This document shows positions 26,641-40,728 of a stretch of 64,000 bases of DNA, piece after piece. A model generated the notes under the pieces. The model did no database searches, was not told where the DNA came from, and saw nothing but the letters and a program-made list of their open reading frames with translations. Numbering within the stretch: position 1 is the stretch's first letter; the number at the start of each line of letters is the position of its first letter. The DNA is from Cetorhinus maximus (taxonomy: Eukaryota), in contig NC_135883.1 of NCBI RefSeq assembly GCF_964194155.1, positions 31,062,001 through 31,126,000 on the forward strand, given 5' to 3'. Position numbers and translations under genes: made by a program.

Positions 26641-28624
26641 TAAGGAGAGAACATCTCAGTATCAGTAGGTGTGGACGTTGATGTTAAGTATCACAGGTCA
26701 TTGCATAAGAGTCTGAAACTCAAAAGCCCCACTCACTTAATTTTGGTGCTGGGACAACGGTTACTTCTCATTTTTCCTAATTAAAAGTTCAAATTTCCCC
26801 TCTTGTCAGAGTTAAAAAAAAACTTGGAATGAAAATGAGCAAGAAAACTGGCCAAAGAAAGGTTAAGACATAAACAGGTGAACAAAAACACAGCAAACAA
26901 GACAACAAAGGAGATGACCCAACTCAGCACCGAAATTAGCTCAAACAGCAGAATAACCTTGATATATCCCCTTAGAAATTTGCAATGCCACTGCATTCCT
27001 TTTCAATGAAAGTTGTTTTATACTGCCACTGACCGCAATGGGCTCTTTAAGTTTAAAGTTCAGGGGGTTGCTATCGTGTCACTGGGAAAGTTTCAGGATT
27101 ACTTGTATTTGTGCAACATTACTGTGTAAGAATAATTTTTAAACTGTGCAATTTCCAATAATTAACTCTAAGACATGCTGATGTGAAGGTAGTCATAAAT
27201 TATGACTTGCAAGTACCAAGTAATCTGCTTTGGATTTTGTCAAAATAATTAGTCATCTTGGTCGACCCCCTCACACCTCCTCCTCACACATACCATCATG
27301 CTTATTAGGTACTTTACAGAAATTCGAACAGTGCCAAAGCACGAACACATTAATGTTTGACAAGCAACACATTTTAGGTTCATGGGCTGGAATTTTCCTT
27401 CTGCATAATGCAAGGAGAAAAAAAATTCCACTGAACACTCAAATTACCACTCCACCAGGTCCTTTTTACGGGACATATCTCAGTGAATACAATTTGTAAT
27501 TGCTATCTCAGTGAAAAAGAAAAATAATTCAAAAATGAAAGAGAAAGGGAAGAAAAACAGAAAGACAAACAAATGCTAGAGAGAATGTTAGATATCATTT
27601 TGGTGTCTTTCAGAATTTTGTATGGATATAGCACCCACAGAGATCCTGCTTCATCTTTCTGTAGGCCAGGCTGTTGACAATGTGAAAGATAGAAAACCTT
27701 TCTACATTACTGCCAACAGTTCACCTCCAGGTGCACACATCTTGCTCAATCAATGCACTTCCGATTAGAAACTTACTCGCCTCTGCTCATCCTACTGCTG
27801 CTGGTGGTGGTTTGACCTTGGTCCCTGACATGGCTGTGTCATGATATAAAATTGTATTATAATGCAAATACGAGATATTGGGCTGCCTCGGCACCTGTTC
27901 CAGCACATGCTTGAATTTTATTTAAAACTGAAGAACATGACACTACTCAATCTCCTGTGGTGTCATTCACAGAGAATTGGAAAGCATGCTGTTTCATAAT
28001 AATTTTGGGTGTTATAAAATGTAGGTGACAAAGAAAATATTACATGAGGTAAGAAGAAAGGCTTTTGTTTATATACAGCCTTTCAAAACCTCAGTGTTCC
28101 AAAGTACACTGCAGCCAATGGAGTACTTAGAAGTGTAGTCACTGCTGTAATGTAGGAGATGCAGAAGCCAATTAGCTCTATTGGTCACATGTCCTACAAA
28201 TAGCAATAAGGTAATGATCAGATAGTCTGTTTTAGTGAGGTTGATTGAAGGATAATATTGGCTAGGATCCTCTCCTGTTCTTCAAATAGCACCAAAGGAT
28301 CTGTTACATCCACCTGAGAGAGCAGACAGGGTTTTGTCTCAATATCTGATAATATAAGGAAATGTTGCAAAATATGCGTTTTATACTCAATTTTTAACAT
28401 ATTATTGAGGAAAACCGCACTTGGCACAGGAGTGGGTCACGCAACCTCTCCAGTTGTCTCCGTCATTTAGCTAGATCATGGTTGAAGTGTAGATCAATGC
28501 TATCTACCTACCTTTGCTCCATAGCCCTTGACACTCTTACCCAAGAAAAATTTGCTCGATTACTCTGCACTCCTGTACACTCTTTGCAGCAAGTCAATTT
28601 GGAACGCACAAACTCCTGAAATAT

Positions 28625-31140
28625 TTTTATTTATTAATTCATGGAATGTGGACGGTGCTGGCAAGGAAAGCATTTATTGCTCATCCTTAATTGCCCTCGA
28701 GAAGGTGGTGGTGAGCCGCCTTCATTTGTTGCTGCAGTTTGTTTGTTGAAGGTACTCCCACAATGCTGTTAAGTAGAGAATTCCAGGATTTTGACTCAGC
28801 CACAAAGGAGGAATGGCAATATAAGTCCAAGCCAGAATGATGCATGGTTTTGAGGGGAACCTGGAGGTGATTTTTGCCATTGTCCTTTGACTTGGATACA
28901 CCCTTGAAATGTAACATATAACTACAGGAATATGGGCCCAAGAGTTGGAAAGTGAGATTAAGCAGGACAGCTGTTTTTCTGCCAGCACAGACTCAATGGG
29001 GTAAATGGCCTCCTTCTGTGCCAGAAATTTACTACGTTTTATGTGACAGAAGCCTCAAGTTTAGGAGTGCTGATGAAGGAGTTGCTGCTATGCACCTTGT
29101 AGATGGCACACACTTACATCCACGTAGTGCCTGTGGTGAAGGAAGTGAACGTTTAAGGTCCAGGATGGGATGCTGATCAAGGGAGCTGCTTAGTCCTAGT
29201 TGGTTTTGAACTTCTTGAGTATTGTTAGAGCTGCATCATCCAGGCATGTAAAATGTATTCACCACACTCCTGACTTGTGCCTTTTTTAAAAATTCATTTA
29301 CGGAATGGGGGCATTGCTGGCTAGGCCAGCATTTATTGCCCAGCCCTAACTGCCCTTCAGAAGATGGTGGTGAGCTGCCTTCTTAACCCATTGTAGTCCA
29401 CGTGGTGTAGGTACACCCAAAGTGCTGTTAGTGAGTGAGTTCCAAGATTTTGACCAAGCGACAATGAAGGAACGGTGGTATATTTCAAAGTCAGGATGAT
29501 GAGTGGCTTCGAGGGGAACTTCCACATGGTGATGTTCCCATGTACCTGTTTGCAAGGCAGCAGCCTTGGTGAGTTTCTGCAGTGTATGTATCTTGTAGAT
29601 GGTGCTCACTGCTGCCACCGTGCGTCAGTGGTGGAGGGAGCGAATGTTTGTGGAAGGGGTGCAAATCGAGCGGGTGGCTTTGTCCTGGATGGTGTCAAGC
29701 TTCTTGAGTGTTGTTGGATCTGCACTCATCCAGGCACATTCTATCAATTTCCTGACTTGTGCCTTGTAGATGATGGATAGGCTTTGGGGACTCAGGTGGT
29801 GAGTTACTCACTGCAGGATTCCTAGCCTCTGACCTGCTCTTGTAGCCACAGTATTTATATGGCTAGTCCAGTTCAGTTTCTGGTAGCCCCCAGGATGTTG
29901 ATAGTAGGGAATTCAGCAATGGTATTGCCATTGAATGTCAATGGGTGATGGTTAGATTCTCTCTTGTTGGAGATGGTCATTGCCTGGCACTTGTGTGGCA
30001 CGAATGTTACTTGCCACTTGTCAGTCCAAGCCTGGATATTGTTCAGGTCTTGCTGCATTTGGACATGCTTCAGTATTTGAGGAGTCACGAATGGTGCTGA
30101 ACGTTGTGCAATCATCAGCGAACATCACCACTTCTAACCTTATGATGGAAGGAAAGTCATTGGTAAAGCAGCTGAAGATGGTTGGGCCTAGGACACTACC
30201 CTGAAGAACTCCTGCAGTGTTGTCCTGGAACTGAGATGATTGACCTCCAACAACCACAACCTGTCTTCCTTTGTGCTAGGTGTGACTCAAACCAGCAGAG
30301 AGTTTTCCCCCCTAATTCCCTGTGACTCCAGTTTTGCTAGGGCTCCTTGATGCCGCACTCGGTCGAATGCTGCCCTGACGTCAAGGGCAGTCACTCTCAC
30401 CTCACTTGTGGAATTCAGCTCTTTTATCCATGTTTGGACCAAGGCTGTAACGACATCAGAAGCTGAGCGACCCTGGCAGAACCTAAACAGAGCATCAGTA
30501 AGCAGGTTATTGCTAAGCAAGTGTTGCTGGATAGCACTGTTGATGACTCCTTCCATCACATCACTGATGATCGAGATGGGGTGGTAACTGGCCGGGTTGG
30601 ATTTATTCTGCTTTGTGTGTACAGGACAAAGCTGGGCAATTGTCCACATTGCCTGGTAGATGCCAGTATTGTAGCTGTACTGAAACAACTTGGCTAAGGG
30701 CACAGCAAGTTCTGGATTACAAGTCTTCAGTACTATTGCTGGAATATTGTCAGGGCCCAGAGCCTTTGCAGTACCCAGTCCCTTGATATAATGTGGAGTG
30801 AATTGAATTGGCTGAAGACTGGCATCTGTGATGCTGGGGACCTCCGGAGGAGGCCAAGATGGATCATCTACCCGGCACTTCTGGCTGAAGATTGTTGCAA
30901 CTGCTTTAGCCTCATCATTTGCATTGATGTGCTGGGCTCCTCTATCATTGAGGATGGGGATATTTGTGGAGCCTCCTCCTCCATTGAGTTGTTTAATTGT
31001 CCACCACCATTCACAACTGGATGTGACAGGGCTGCAGAGCTTAGTTCTGATCCGTTGGTTGTGGGATCGCTTAGCTCTGTCTCTTACTTGCTGCTTATGC
31101 TGTTTGGCATACAAGTAGTCCTGTCTTGTAGCTTCACCAG
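28625..31140 (-). mobile_element. Two adjacent family-B LINE fragments (28625-29280 and 29285-31140)
   Basis: KALGPDNIP…YHPIS…ALDVRAAFDRVRH, QGSVLGPTIFSCF, MFADDCT and two tails. Confidence 0.9.
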
Positions 31141-31449
31141 CCTGGGATACGGCCCTGAGGGACCCCTGTATCAATAGAGCTGAGAGGTTGGGCTACGAAG
31201 AGCAAAGTTTAAAAAAAAATGGCATCCAACAAGCTTCAGTTTGAAATGGCAACAGCAGCTAATGTAAACAGGAGAGGATGATACTTAAATGATCCATTTG
31301 ATTGCCACTCCTGAGACACCAATTATAATGTAAAGAGGCTTTACAATCTAGTTTGCATTCTTGTTACATTAGGGTTTTCGGGCAACATTTACAATCAAAG
31401 CAGTATAAATGCTGCAAGAAAGTGCTGCTGCAAAACCATCAAAGTATCA

Positions 31450-32290
31450 CCTGCAGCTGTCTGTGTCCACATGCAGCAAAAGCTGGACAACATTCAGGCT
31501 TGGGCTGTCAAGGGGCAAGTAACATTCATACCACACAAGTGCCAAGCATCTCCAACAAAAGAGAATCTAACCATCTCCTCTTGACATTCAGTGGCATTAC
31601 CATCACTGAATCTCCCACTACCAACATCCTGGTGGCTACCATTGACCAAAAACTGAACTGGGCCAGCCATATAAATATTGTGGCTACAAGAGCAGGTCAG
31701 AGGCTAGGAATCCTGTGGCAAGGAACTCATCTCCTGACTCCCCAAAGCCTGTCCACCAAGACACAAGTCAGGGTTGCAAAGGAATACTCTCCACTTGCCT
31801 GGATGAGTCCAGCTCCAACAATACTCAAGAAGCTCGACACCATCCAGGACAAAGCAACCGGCTTGAGTGGCACCCCATCCACCAACTTAAACATTCACTC
31901 CTTCCATCACCAACACACAGTAGCAGCAGCGTGTACCATCCACAAGATGCACTGCAGCAACTCACCAATGCTCATTCGACAGCACATTCCAAGCCCACAA
32001 CCTCTACCACCTAGAAGGACAAGTGCAGCAGATGCATTGAAACACAACCACCTGCAAGTTCCCCTCCAAGCACACGCCATCCTGACTTGGAACTATATCA
32101 CCATTCCTTCATTGCTGTTGGGTCAAAATCCTGGAACTCACTTCCTAACAGCACTGTGGATGTACCTACATCACATGGGCTGCAGAAGGCAGCTCACCAC
32201 CACCTTCTCAAGGGCAATTATGGATGGGCAATAAATGCAGGACTAGCCAGTGATGCCAACATCCCATGAAAGAATAAATACAAAAAAAAC
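31450..32290 (+). mobile_element. Family-B LINE 3' fragment
   Basis: TIDQKLNWASHIN…RAGQRLGIL…EYSPLAWMS…LDTIQDKA, then tail plus poly(A). Confidence 0.9.
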
Positions 32291-34519
32291 CTGAGTGTTG
32301 ATCCTACTGTGTCCAACTCAGTCTAACTGCAGACCACCATGTTGTATCAACAACATGACACAATACAATAAGCTCACTGGAGTTTCCCTTTGCACCTTTC
32401 TACCAGCACAATTCTGAGTCTTACAAGTACTCTATATTGCAACAGTAGCTAAATATAATATTTCCATGATCAAATTATCATAGTTGCACAGGTTGCCCCT
32501 AAGATTCAGAACACCACTGTAAATGATGCATGACATGCTTGTTAGTCAATGCACAGTGGTGCTCTGAACTTCCAAGTCGGTCAGAGCATGAGTCTATAGC
32601 ATAGTCTGTAAACCTTGTCCAGCATGATTGAGGGGACATTAGTCAGTGCACTTAACTAGCAATTAATAACAAGAGCATTAACATTTACAGGATAACTTAT
32701 CTGGTATCTCACTGTAAGAAATGAAACCTGTCAGAAACCCTCCCACTCTCATTCTCTGTTTTCATCAAATTAAATTCAAAATTCTCATCATCTTCCAAAT
32801 CCAACCTCACCCCCACCATCTCACCAGCACCCGCCCCCTCCCCCCCCCCCCCCCCACGATTATTTCACCACCCCCTAAACCAGTCTTTGCAGTCTTGTAT
32901 CCCATCCCATTCGGTCCTCTGATTCTGAACTCTTCTGCAATCACCAAATCAGTGGCAGAGCCTTCAGCAACCTTGGGCCTACTCTCGAACTCCCAAACGA
33001 ATACCCCCCCCCCCCGAATTTCCACCTCTCTCGCCGCTTTAATAACCTTCTCAAAATCCATCTTTTTGACCACTCATTCTAACCTCCTCCTCACCCCCCC
33101 CACCCCCATTAATTCTTGTACATATCCATTTAAAATGCAATTTTTTTTTTACACTGAAAACTCCATAAAAATAAGTTGTTCCTGTCTGGCCTTACACTTG
33201 AACAATGAGGGTTTGAATAAGGTACATGAAGACAATTTGCCTGTTGAACAATAACGTAGCATGATACCATCCCTTCAGAATATTTGGGGATTTATTTTTC
33301 AAAAAGTGGGGCTCGCATTGCAACAAATGTGAATAAATTTAAATATTAAAATTCACACTAAAGGGTTATTTGCAGCCTATTGAATGTTCCATATTAATTA
33401 TTTCTCCTTGAAACAAATGTTGCATAATACCTACAAACTATATTCCTAAACGTACAGTTATTCTATGAAAGTACATTTGTTACTGTTAAAAGCATACCCG
33501 ATAGACACCGACAAACTCAAAAATATACACACCATGACCCACAAACCATACAATTACTTAGCAGCCTACACAAAAAAAACCAAGCGGCATAAATCACGTT
33601 ATTTTCCATGAATTGCTACTGGTATAAGCGGAAACATGAAACAAATCAGAAAGGCATTAATTAGCAGTGCTATTTTCTGCAATGCTTGGGATCGCGGAGA
33701 CGAATTCTACCAAGTATATCATCTAAAGGCTCGTTTTTAAACAAGGATTTAACCACCTGGCACCTCGATCGTTGCATATGCAACTTAAAAGCTAAAAACA
33801 GAATCAATTTTATAACGTATTGTCATTTCCGTAAATAAGTACTCGGTGCATTTTTTGGTTAAACGGAAATGTGTATCTTAAGGGAAACATTTGAAGTATT
33901 CTGGTTACCACTGATGCACGTCACCTCATCATGTGGCAGACGTTACAACTGAGATACGGTTGCCAACGTTAGGCGACAAAGAACTGGAAAAAAATCCTTA
34001 AATCCTGGGAAGCATTTCTTTTATGCTTAATTCGCCCTACAGTTCCTCTAACTGCAATCTTAACAAAGTAGTGATACTGTGGAAGGAACTATGGAAGGGC
34101 GGCTTCGAATAGCTGGACGAGATCCCAGTGAGGGGGATACAATGCAGACATACGTTAGAGTCCCCGTGGTTAAAACAAAAAAATTGTGCCACATTCCTGA
34201 CCACTTGGGCGAGAAAGTTGCTAATTGCATCCAGAGCAACGAGAGCGGATCGGAACCGTGAATTACTTCAGATTCCCGTCCTAGCTCAGCACCTTGCATG
34301 CACACACGCGTTTAAAAAAAACACGCAAGACCCACCTTTGTCTGTTTGGTTAGGTTCAGTTGCAAAACCTGTCGACACAGAAGCTGTCCCAGAAAGCGTT
34401 GTTTCCCCACCTCCCCCCTTCCTTCTCTTTGCTTTCCCGTCTCCTCTGCCCAAACTCGAATCTGTTTTTTTTTAATATATATATATGTTGTTGTTTGGTC
34501 AGCTTCCCTTTTGTCTAGG

Positions 34520-35030
34520 AAGGTGGCACCGGCTGCATCCGGCGGTACAGCCGATTGCACTCCATGGGCGGCCGGCTGCGTCACTGCCAGCACCGCCAGC
34601 CACCCCACCCTCTGGGCTGCGCTCGCTGCAGCTCCGACCAATGAGACCCCATCGAACAGAGAGAGAGCGAGAGAGAGAGGGAAGGCGGGAGAACGCGCTG
34701 ACAGAGAGCGGGGACAATTGGAAGAGAACGCTGGGTGAACCGTTGCTAGGTGGCGGCCGGAACGTGGTGCGGGCCGTTCCTAAGCGGCGGTGTCACGAGC
34801 CCGGTGCTGAATGGTTGATTAGCAGCTGTCACCGCGCTGCGGCTCTTGTATCCTCCCCGCGTTACGAGGTGACGGCGGCTCGAGCGTGGCTTAGTGTCAT
34901 TGTCCCTTATTTTGCTATTGCAGCTTTGAATGGGGGTGGCGGCGGGGACCCTCTTATCCTTCGTGAGAATGATCCGGGGCTTTGGCACTGACACCGGTCC
35001 CGCGGGGGTAAGTACGCGGGAATTAATGCG
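34520..35030. promoter_or_regulatory. CpG-island promoter, probably RNF144A (minus strand) by synteny and possibly bidirectional
   Basis: Sharp rise in GC and CpG within unique sequence. CCAAT at 34638, ATTGG at 34717, RFX-like GTTGCTAGG at about 34742, TGCGTCA at about 34577. Gene identity is inferred only from the conserved CMPK2-RSAD2-RNF144A order; no RNF144A coding exon was seen. Confidence 0.6.
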
Positions 35031-35119
35031 GTTTTAACTCTAAAGCATAGAGGGCACAAACATCATCATGTTTGGGCAACGCCAAAGAGGCTCTGTTATG
35101 CAGGGGGTAAGACTAGATT

Positions 35120-37685
35120 TTATTTTATTCATTCACAGGATGTGAGCGTCACTGGCCAGGCCAGCACTTATTGCCCTTGAGAAGCTAGTGGTGAGCAGAT
35201 TCTTGAACCGCTGCAGTGCATGGTGTAGATACAACAACAATGTTGTTAGGGAGCGAGTTCCAGGATTTTGATCCAGTGACAGTTAAGGAACTTCCAAGTC
35301 AGGATGCTGAGTGACTTGAGGAGATCATGCAAGCAGTGGTGTTCCCATGCATCTGCTGCCCTTATTCTTCTAGCTGGTAGAGGTCATGGGTTTGAAAGGT
35401 GTTGACAGACCGTTGGCAAGTTGCTGCAGTGCATCTTGTACATAGTACGCACTGCTGCCAGTGTGCACTGATGGTGCAGAGAATGTATCTTTCAAGTGCT
35501 GAATGGGGTGCCAATCAAGCGGGCCACTTTGTCTCAGATGCATGGTGTCAAACTTCTCAAATGTTGTTGGAGCTGCACTCATCCAGGCAAGTGTAGAGGA
35601 TTCCATCACACTCCTGTTTTGTAGATTGGGGGACAGGCTTTGAGGAGACTGGATATGAGCTACTCACTGTAGAATTCTCAGCCCCTGCCTTGCTCTTGTA
35701 GCCATAGTATTTATATAGCTGGTCCTGTTAAGTTTTTGGTCAATGGCGGGGATTCAGCCCTGGTAATGCCATCAAGGGTAGATGGTTAGATACTCTTGTT
35801 GGAGATGGCCATTTCCTGACACTTGTGTGGCATGAATGCTACTTGCCACTTATCACCCCAAGCCTGAATGTTGTCTAGGTGTTGCTGAATGCAGGCACAA
35901 GCTGCTTCAGTATTTGAGGAATTGTGAATAGTACTGCAATTATTTGCAAACACCTATTTCTGACCTTATGCTACAGGGAAGATCACTATGAAGCAGCTTA
36001 AGATGGTTAGGCCTAGGAGACTACCTCGAGGAATGTCTGCAGCGATGTACTGGGCTGAGTTGATTTGTACTTTGTGTTAGATATGACTCCAACCAATGGA
36101 AAGTTTAACCAATTCCACTGACTTCAAACTTGCTAGGGTTCCTTGATGCCAAACTCGGTCAAATACTGCCGTGATATCAAGGGCAGTCACTCTCCCCTGA
36201 CCTCTGGAATTTAGAGGTGCAAAGGGCACAGTGCTATCTTGAGAGAGGCCAGAGGAATGTTTGTGGTATTGGAGCTGTCTGATGGACAACGATGGCTCTT
36301 GAAGTGGGTCGACTTGGAAAAATATCGAGGGCCAAAATTTCCTGCCTGCTTGCACCCAGCCATGTGCAGTCTGGATCCAAATTAAATATGTGGCCTTAAT
36401 AAAGTGCGGAATCTTGTTTGCAAGTACAGTATGGCCAAAACTCTTAATCCCTTCAACCATAGTTCTCATTTAGAGGGCCAGTGCAGGCATGATGGGCCAA
36501 ATGGCTTCCTTCTGCACTGTAACAATTCTGTGATTTTGTGATAATTACATGGAATGTACAGTGCAAAAACAAGTCAATTTTTTATTCATTCATGGGATGT
36601 GGGTGTCGATGGCTAGGCTCATTTATTGCCCATCCCTAATTGGCCTTGAGAAGGTGGTGAGCAGCCTTCTTGAACTGCTGCAGTCCATGTGGCGTAGGTA
36701 CACCCACAGTGCTGTTAGGGAGGGAGTTCCAAGATTTTCACCCAGCGACAGTGAAGGAATAAGCCATATATTCCCAAGTCAGGATGTTGAGGGGCTTCCA
36801 GAGAATTTCCACATTGTGGTGTTCCCATGTTTCTACTGCTCTTGTCCTCCTAGATGGTAGTGGTCTTGGGTTTGGAAGGTCCTGCCTTAGGAGGCTTTGT
36901 GAGTTCCCACAGTGCATCTTGTGGATGATACTCACTGCTGCCAATGTGCATCGGTGGTGGAGGAAGTGAATGTTTGTGAATGGGGTGCCAATCAAGTGGG
37001 CTGCTTTGTCCTGGATGGTGTCAAGCTTCTTGAGTGTTATTGGAGCTGCAGTCATTCAGGCAAATGGAGGGTATTCCATCACACTCCTGCCTTGTGCTTT
37101 GTAGATGGTGGACAGGCTTTGGAGAGTCAGGAGGTGAGCTACTCGTTGTAGGATTACTAGCCTCTGATCTGCTCTTGTAGCCACAGTATTTATATGGCTA
37201 GCCTAGTTCAGTTTCTAGTCAATGGTAACCCCCAGAGTATTGATAGTGGAGGGCTCAGTGATGGTAATGCCATTGAATGCCAAGGGTTGGCAGTTAGATT
37301 CTCTCTTGTTGGGGATGGTCATTGCCTGGTACTTGTGTGGTGCAAATGTTACTTGCCACTTGTCAGCCCAAGCCTGGATATTGTTCAGGTCTTGTTGCAT
37401 TTGGACATAGACTACTTCGGTGTCTGAGGAGTCGCGAATGGTGCTGACCGTTGTGGAATCATCAGCAAGCATCCCCACTTCTGACCTTATGATGGAAGGA
37501 AGGTCATTGATGAAGCAGCTGAAGATGGTTGGGCCGAGGACACTACACTGAGGAACTCCTGCTGTGATGCCCTGGAACTGAGATGATTGACCTCCAACGA
37601 CCACAACCATCTTCCTTTGTGCTAGGTATGACTCCAACCAGTGGTGAGTTTGCCCCCTGATTCCCATTGACACCAGTTTTGGCCC
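35120..37685 (-). mobile_element. Two family-B LINE fragments (35120-36215 and 36580-37685)
   Basis: GVPQCSVLGPTIFSCFINDLP…ADD…WADKWQVTFAP and ALDITAVFDRVWH. Confidence 0.9.
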
Positions 37686-37719
37686 AACTCATCCATGCCA
37701 GTGTGTATGCTCCACGTGA

Positions 37720-38045
37720 GCACTTCACCCTACTTCAACTAAACCTGTCCTATTAACAGATCCTTCTCCTTTCCCCCTCATGTATTTATCTAGCTTCCAT
37801 TTTAATGCATTCATGCTATTCCTTTCAACTGCTTTAGGTAGGAAGTTTGACATTCTAACCACTCCCTGTGTAAAGAAGTTTCCCCTATTTTTTATTGGAT
37901 TTATTAATTGCTGTCCTATATTTATGACCACCTTAGTTTTGGACTCCCCCACAAGTGGAAATATTTTTTCTATGTCTACACGATTGATCCGATTGTAATC
38001 TTAAATACGTCTGTAAGGTCACACCTCAACCTTCACTTTTCTAAA
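37720..38045 (-). mobile_element. CR1 3' fragment
   Basis: RGNFFTQGVVRMSNFLP…KWKLDKYM. Confidence 0.65.
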
Positions 38046-40039
38046 GGTCCCACCCCCAAATAACATTTGTACACTTGCTCAGAGGGTCTCTTCAAAGTAT
38101 GACCATATTTTTAGGTGCTGTAGGGAACCAAGTAATTTTTCTGGTGCTTTATCGAAATTTTTTTAACATAAAAAATATCAGTGTTCACTAAGATCTACAT
38201 TGTACTTTTTTTCTTTGAATGCATTTTGAACCACATAAGTATAATTCACATTGAAAGTTGCATAATTTCCCCGAGTGCAGTTTCTTAATAATGCTGTGCC
38301 TACAGTAACCTTAGAGGATTGTTGAAGATTCCACAGTGTGAAGCAAGGTGAAGAAAACATTAAAATAAAACTGCAGATGCTGGAAATTGGAAACAAAGGC
38401 AAAACATTTTGGAAGCACTCAGCTGGAGGGTGAATTTCTGTGGTAATTCTCCTAATTGACTGTCATAACTTTATTGATGCAATTTTTCTGGGAGCTCCAT
38501 AGCTCACCTTACGAAAATACAATGGACAAATTCTGCTTAATATTAACTAAATGGAAGGACAAGTATTCTCTTATCTGAAAAGACATTTAAGCTCAAAAAT
38601 TGAATACAAAGTAGGCTCTGCATATTTTTCCACTTTATTCAGGCTTTTACAGCACTTATTGGTACAAAATATTCCAAGAAAATGTCATTATTTACATAAA
38701 ATACAATTGTTAACATGCACATCAATTCCACTGCGCTGAAACTTGGATAAGCGCATAAAAATTCAAAAATTCCAAATACTATTAACTAAATATCCTAATA
38801 ATACCATATTTATACCACACATCCTTTTGAAATTAGAATCATTCTGCTAAATCAGCTTAGTGTGTGCTTGTGAAGAAGATTATTTGGATTGAAGGTATTC
38901 TTAGCACTGGTGAAATAGGTAATTGGTTACAATGTTTCAGTATAAGGCCAAGTAGGCACGATGTATACTTGCAGACATGGATACAGAAAATAAATGCAAT
39001 GAAAGCTGATTCGGAAATAAGAGAAAGAGTTGGCCAAGGGAGAAGTAAAACATTTTTAACAAAAAGCAGTAAAAAAGAGGTAAACTAATAAGGGGCAAAA
39101 AGGACCAGGACAGGGAAATATAAAAAAAAAAGCAGCAGATAAGACAGACAAACAAATGAGTGGGAGAAGCAAAGACCAAAAGAAAATGTTTTATTTATGT
39201 GTACCATGCACTAAAGTAACATGATGAGAAAAACATAAAGCAAGATGTTGCAATAGGGTGTAATTGGCTCTGAGCTAAAGTAAAAGTGGTAGTGGAAGGA
39301 CAAAGACCAGGAAAAAAAAGCAGAGTACTGAAAATCAGAAAAAATTTGGGGGGCAATACATAGTGCTCAACAGAAAACAGTGGTAGGTGAATATAAAAGA
39401 AAATAATAGGAGAGATAAAAGATTCTATCTTTTTTCTGTTAATCTTTTTGACTTTATTTTGCTTAGTAACTTGTTAGGTAAGTAACAAATGAATGCCCAC
39501 TCTTTTCACTGTATCTCTGCATACTGCTAAGATTGGAAACAAACCACTATTCCCTCAGTTTGGAGTAAATACACATGCTTGCTGTAAGTGCTGCCAGCTT
39601 CCAACTCATTGACTGACACAATGGAGGAACTAGAATTCTGAACAAATTGGTACTGTGAAGCTGTATCAAGATAGTCCCAAAAGTGCCTTTAGCAAAAAGG
39701 GAAACCACTGCTGGAACAGTGACATATGTGGTATAAATAAGTGATGATAAACTTCTAATAAGTGAGTTTTTCTGCTGAAACAAATGGATCAATTTAATAC
39801 TAAAGTAATTATTCACTGGGAATTAACAGAACGGACTGTATATACTATGAAGTGCCTTGCATCATGTATTAATACAATTCAAACATTCACTATGTAAAAA
39901 AATAAAAATATACATTTTTATAATGTAGAAATTATAGTTCTCTCTATTAAATATGATGGCCATATTGAAAATAAATACAACTACTGTATTATTGTGAAAT
40001 CTAGTATTTGATATTTTGCTTTAAAAATAGATTTTTCAT

Positions 40040-40045
40040 TTTATT
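40040..40045 (-). terminator. Candidate RSAD2 polyadenylation signal AATAAA
   Basis: Minus-strand AATAAA about 520 nt past the stop codon in AT-rich sequence. Other candidates lie further downstream. Confidence 0.35.
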
Positions 40046-40563
40046 TAATATATGAACCATTAATGATGCATGTTTGAAACGTAATAAAAGCATAAACCAA
40101 TTAAAGTTTAGTCAATCTTCTAAACCCATTGTCCATATTGCAATCGACTTCTTTTCAGATGTGGTAATGCATGATATCAGGGTGGACAAAGCACTTCAAA
40201 TCTTTTTTTCAAAACTCTCAGTCTAAGAGGTTTTCAATACATTACAATCCAGGCTATACAAATATATTAAGCATTTCAGAAAAGATTGCAAAACATAGAG
40301 AAAAATAATTACATATTTTGCAATCATGTTTTGTTCCATTGTTGTAAGTTCTACACTTCACTACAAGCTAGTGCAGTGATTTTACATGTGCAAGAAATAC
40401 GTCCCTTATTGCTATGTATAACTACGGTGTAGCTGAAAGGAAAGAGTGCCATATTCTTTTAGACAATTAAAATAGTTCAAAATTCTGCAATATTATACAA
40501 AACAATGTATGGCATGGACACTGTCTATCATATGTACAAGCAAGAATGTAGAACAGCAATCAG

Positions 40564-40728
40564 TTACCAATCAAAATGCATATCTGCTTTGCTCCATGTA
40601 TATTTACCCCCACGTTTAAAAAACATTTTCTCGTCAAACCCACTAAATTTAATAGCATTCTCAACGCCTACATCCAAGATAGATCTGGATGGATCTTTTC
40701 TGCCTTTGGTGCAATCAAGGAAGCGCAT
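40564..40728 (-). CDS. RSAD2: RSAD2 coding exon 6 ([22 protein letters not shown]…[16 protein letters not shown])
   Basis: Acceptor tttttcag|ATG, TAA stop at 40566-40564. Conserved viperin C-terminus. Confidence 0.97.
   Translation of the reverse strand: MRFLDCTKGRKDPSRSILDVGVENAIKFSGFDEKMFFKRGGKYTWSKADMHFDW

Noticed and set aside
30287-32234. Long ORFs (295 and 293 aa) as host genes
   Set aside because: They are fragments of LINE ORF2, repeated several times in the window and frameshifted.
34060-34994. Overlapping 100-170 aa ORFs in the CpG island as protein genes
   Set aside because: They are low-complexity, GC-driven open frames on both strands with no recognisable domain.
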